DNA from: an uncultured Pseudomonadota bacterium
GTDB taxonomy: Bacteria; Pseudomonadota; Alphaproteobacteria; Rs-D84
Assembly (NCBI GenBank): GCA_937885575.1
Contig: CALABO010000008.1
Span: 6,294 to 70,293 of the forward strand
Direction: 5' to 3'
DNA length: 64,000 nucleotides
Part shown: in pieces, positions 62,934-64,000 of the stretch
How the letters are laid out: each line of letters opens with the position of its first letter
How positions within the stretch are numbered: position 1 is the first letter of the stretch
Notes under the pieces: model-generated
Seen by the model: the letters and a program-made list of their open reading frames with translations, nothing else
Told to the model about the DNA's origin: nothing
The model's database searches: none
Made by a program: the position numbers and the translations under genes

Positions 62934-64000
62934 TTACTTGTCTTTTGCCGCGGCAACAAAGGCATTGAACAACGGATGTCCGGTAAAAGGATTACTCTGA
63001 AATTCCGGATGGAATTGCCCCGCGACAAAGAACCTATGCGACGGTATCTCTATCATTTCTGGCAATTTACCGTCTGGCGACATTCCCGAAATAACCATAC
63101 CGTTTTTTTCCAATACGCCTTTATATTCGATGTTTACTTCGTACCTGTGCCGATGCCGTTCGGAAATATGATTTGAACCATAGATTTTTTCCGCCATTGT
63201 CCCGGATTTAATCTCACACGGGTACGCACCCAAACGCAAAGTTCCACCCATATTTTCCGCGTCGCAATCGCGCATAATATCTATGACCGGCGTGCAATTT
63301 TTTGTAAATTCCGTAGAATTTGCGCGTTCGTCCCCAACAACATTTCGCATAAATTCTATGACGGCGACCTGCATTCCCAAACAAATCCCCATATACGGAA
63401 CATTATTTTCACGCGCATACCGCGCCGCGGCAATTTTGCCTTCGACCCCACGCACCCCAAAACCACCTGGCACAAGAATCGCATCAACATCCGCGCAATC
63501 TGCGTCTGAAAAATTTTCTGCATCTATCTTTTTTATTTTTACGCGCACATTGTTTTGAATTCCTGCATGAAACAACGCCTCGTTCAGTGATTTATACGCA
63601 TCCGCCACATCAAAGTATTTTCCAACCATACCAATCGTGCACACCGGCAAATCCGCATTCAAATACTGTTCTATTTTTTTAATTTTCGACATATCACCGG
63701 CGGCCTCGGGCAAACCAAAGTGTTGCGCCATTATGTTAAACACATCCTGTCCGTCATACACCAACGGAATTTTATAGATATTATCAACATCCATACTGGT
63801 AATAACGTTTTTCGCCGGCAAATTACAGAACATACCAATCTTTGCGCGTTCATCCGCGGTCAACATACGCGGCGACCGTACGAATAAAACATCCGCCTGA
63901 ATCCCGTTTTCAAGCAACCGCCGCACAGACATTTGCGTTGGCTTTGTCTTTAATTCGCCACTTTGTTCCAAATATGGCGCAAGTGTTAAATGTGCAAACA
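62934..64000 (-). CDS. pyrG: CTP synthase, C-terminal two-thirds (gene continues beyond the right edge)
   Basis: GELKTKPTQ motif and the glutamine amidotransferase domain (GICLGMQ, HRHRYEVN). The frame stays open upstream to 64000 (..FAHLTLAPYLEQSGELKTKPTQ). Confidence 0.9.
   Translation of the reverse strand, partial: FAHLTLAPYLEQSGELKTKPTQMSVRRLLENGIQADVLFVRSPRMLTADERAKIGMFCNLPAKNVITSMDVDNIYKIPLVYDGQDVFNIMAQHFGLPEAAGDMSKIKKIEQYLNADLPVCTIGMVGKYFDVADAYKSLNEALFHAGIQNNVRVKIKKIDAENFSDADCADVDAILVPGGFGVRGVEGKIAAARYARENNVPYMGICLGMQVAVIEFMRNVVGDERANSTEFTKNCTPVIDIMRDCDAENMGGTLRLGAYPCEIKSGTMAEKIYGSNHISERHRHRYEVNIEYKGVLEKNGMVISGMSPDGKLPEMIEIPSHRFFVAGQFHPEFQSNPFTGHPLFNAFVAAAKDK

Overview
The window is a gene-dense chromosomal segment. 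It looks alphaproteobacterial, based on a GapR/DUF2312 nucleoid protein, an alpha-type AddB, an RHH_4 protein and a Cys-free DksA, and it is probably from a host-associated or reduced lineage. This taxonomic call is inference only. About 60 CDS are mostly housekeeping: sufE-sufT-sufS, trxA, dksA, tatA, thrS, gltX, trmB, ybeY-lnt, rarA, ftsK, yajC-secD-secF, mutL, greA, lptG, xerD, trxB, serS, typA, recA, secB, mltA, ruvC, yebC, ruvA, mnmE, xthA, addB, engB, rsmI, lpoA-like, pyk, gapR and pyrG. No tRNA, rRNA, CRISPR array or IS transposase was seen. Accessory content is a five-gene glycan island with a Stealth-family phosphotransferase (37.3-42.0 kb), a possible HNH-like/SUKH/RHH operon (11.1-13.2 kb) and several orphan genes.

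The most unusual feature is four families of short structured repeats that fill nearly every long intergenic region:
- A: a ~118-bp nested-palindromic element, with one half-copy inserted in frame inside mnmE.
- B: (GTTAGTG)n heptamer tracts at ten sites, which supply stop codons in all frames and contain the real stop codon of six genes.
- C: a hairpin repeat on both sides of an MFS transporter gene.
- D: a ~190-nt conserved structured leader shared by two unrelated secreted-protein genes, with attenuator-like alternative pairings. This is the best candidate for an undescribed regulatory system.

Other oddities are a YbeY-Lnt in-frame fusion, an S41 peptidase homologue lacking the Ser/Lys dyad, and a ThrRS without a TGS domain. 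All calls come from reading the sequence and remembered family motifs. No database searches were run.
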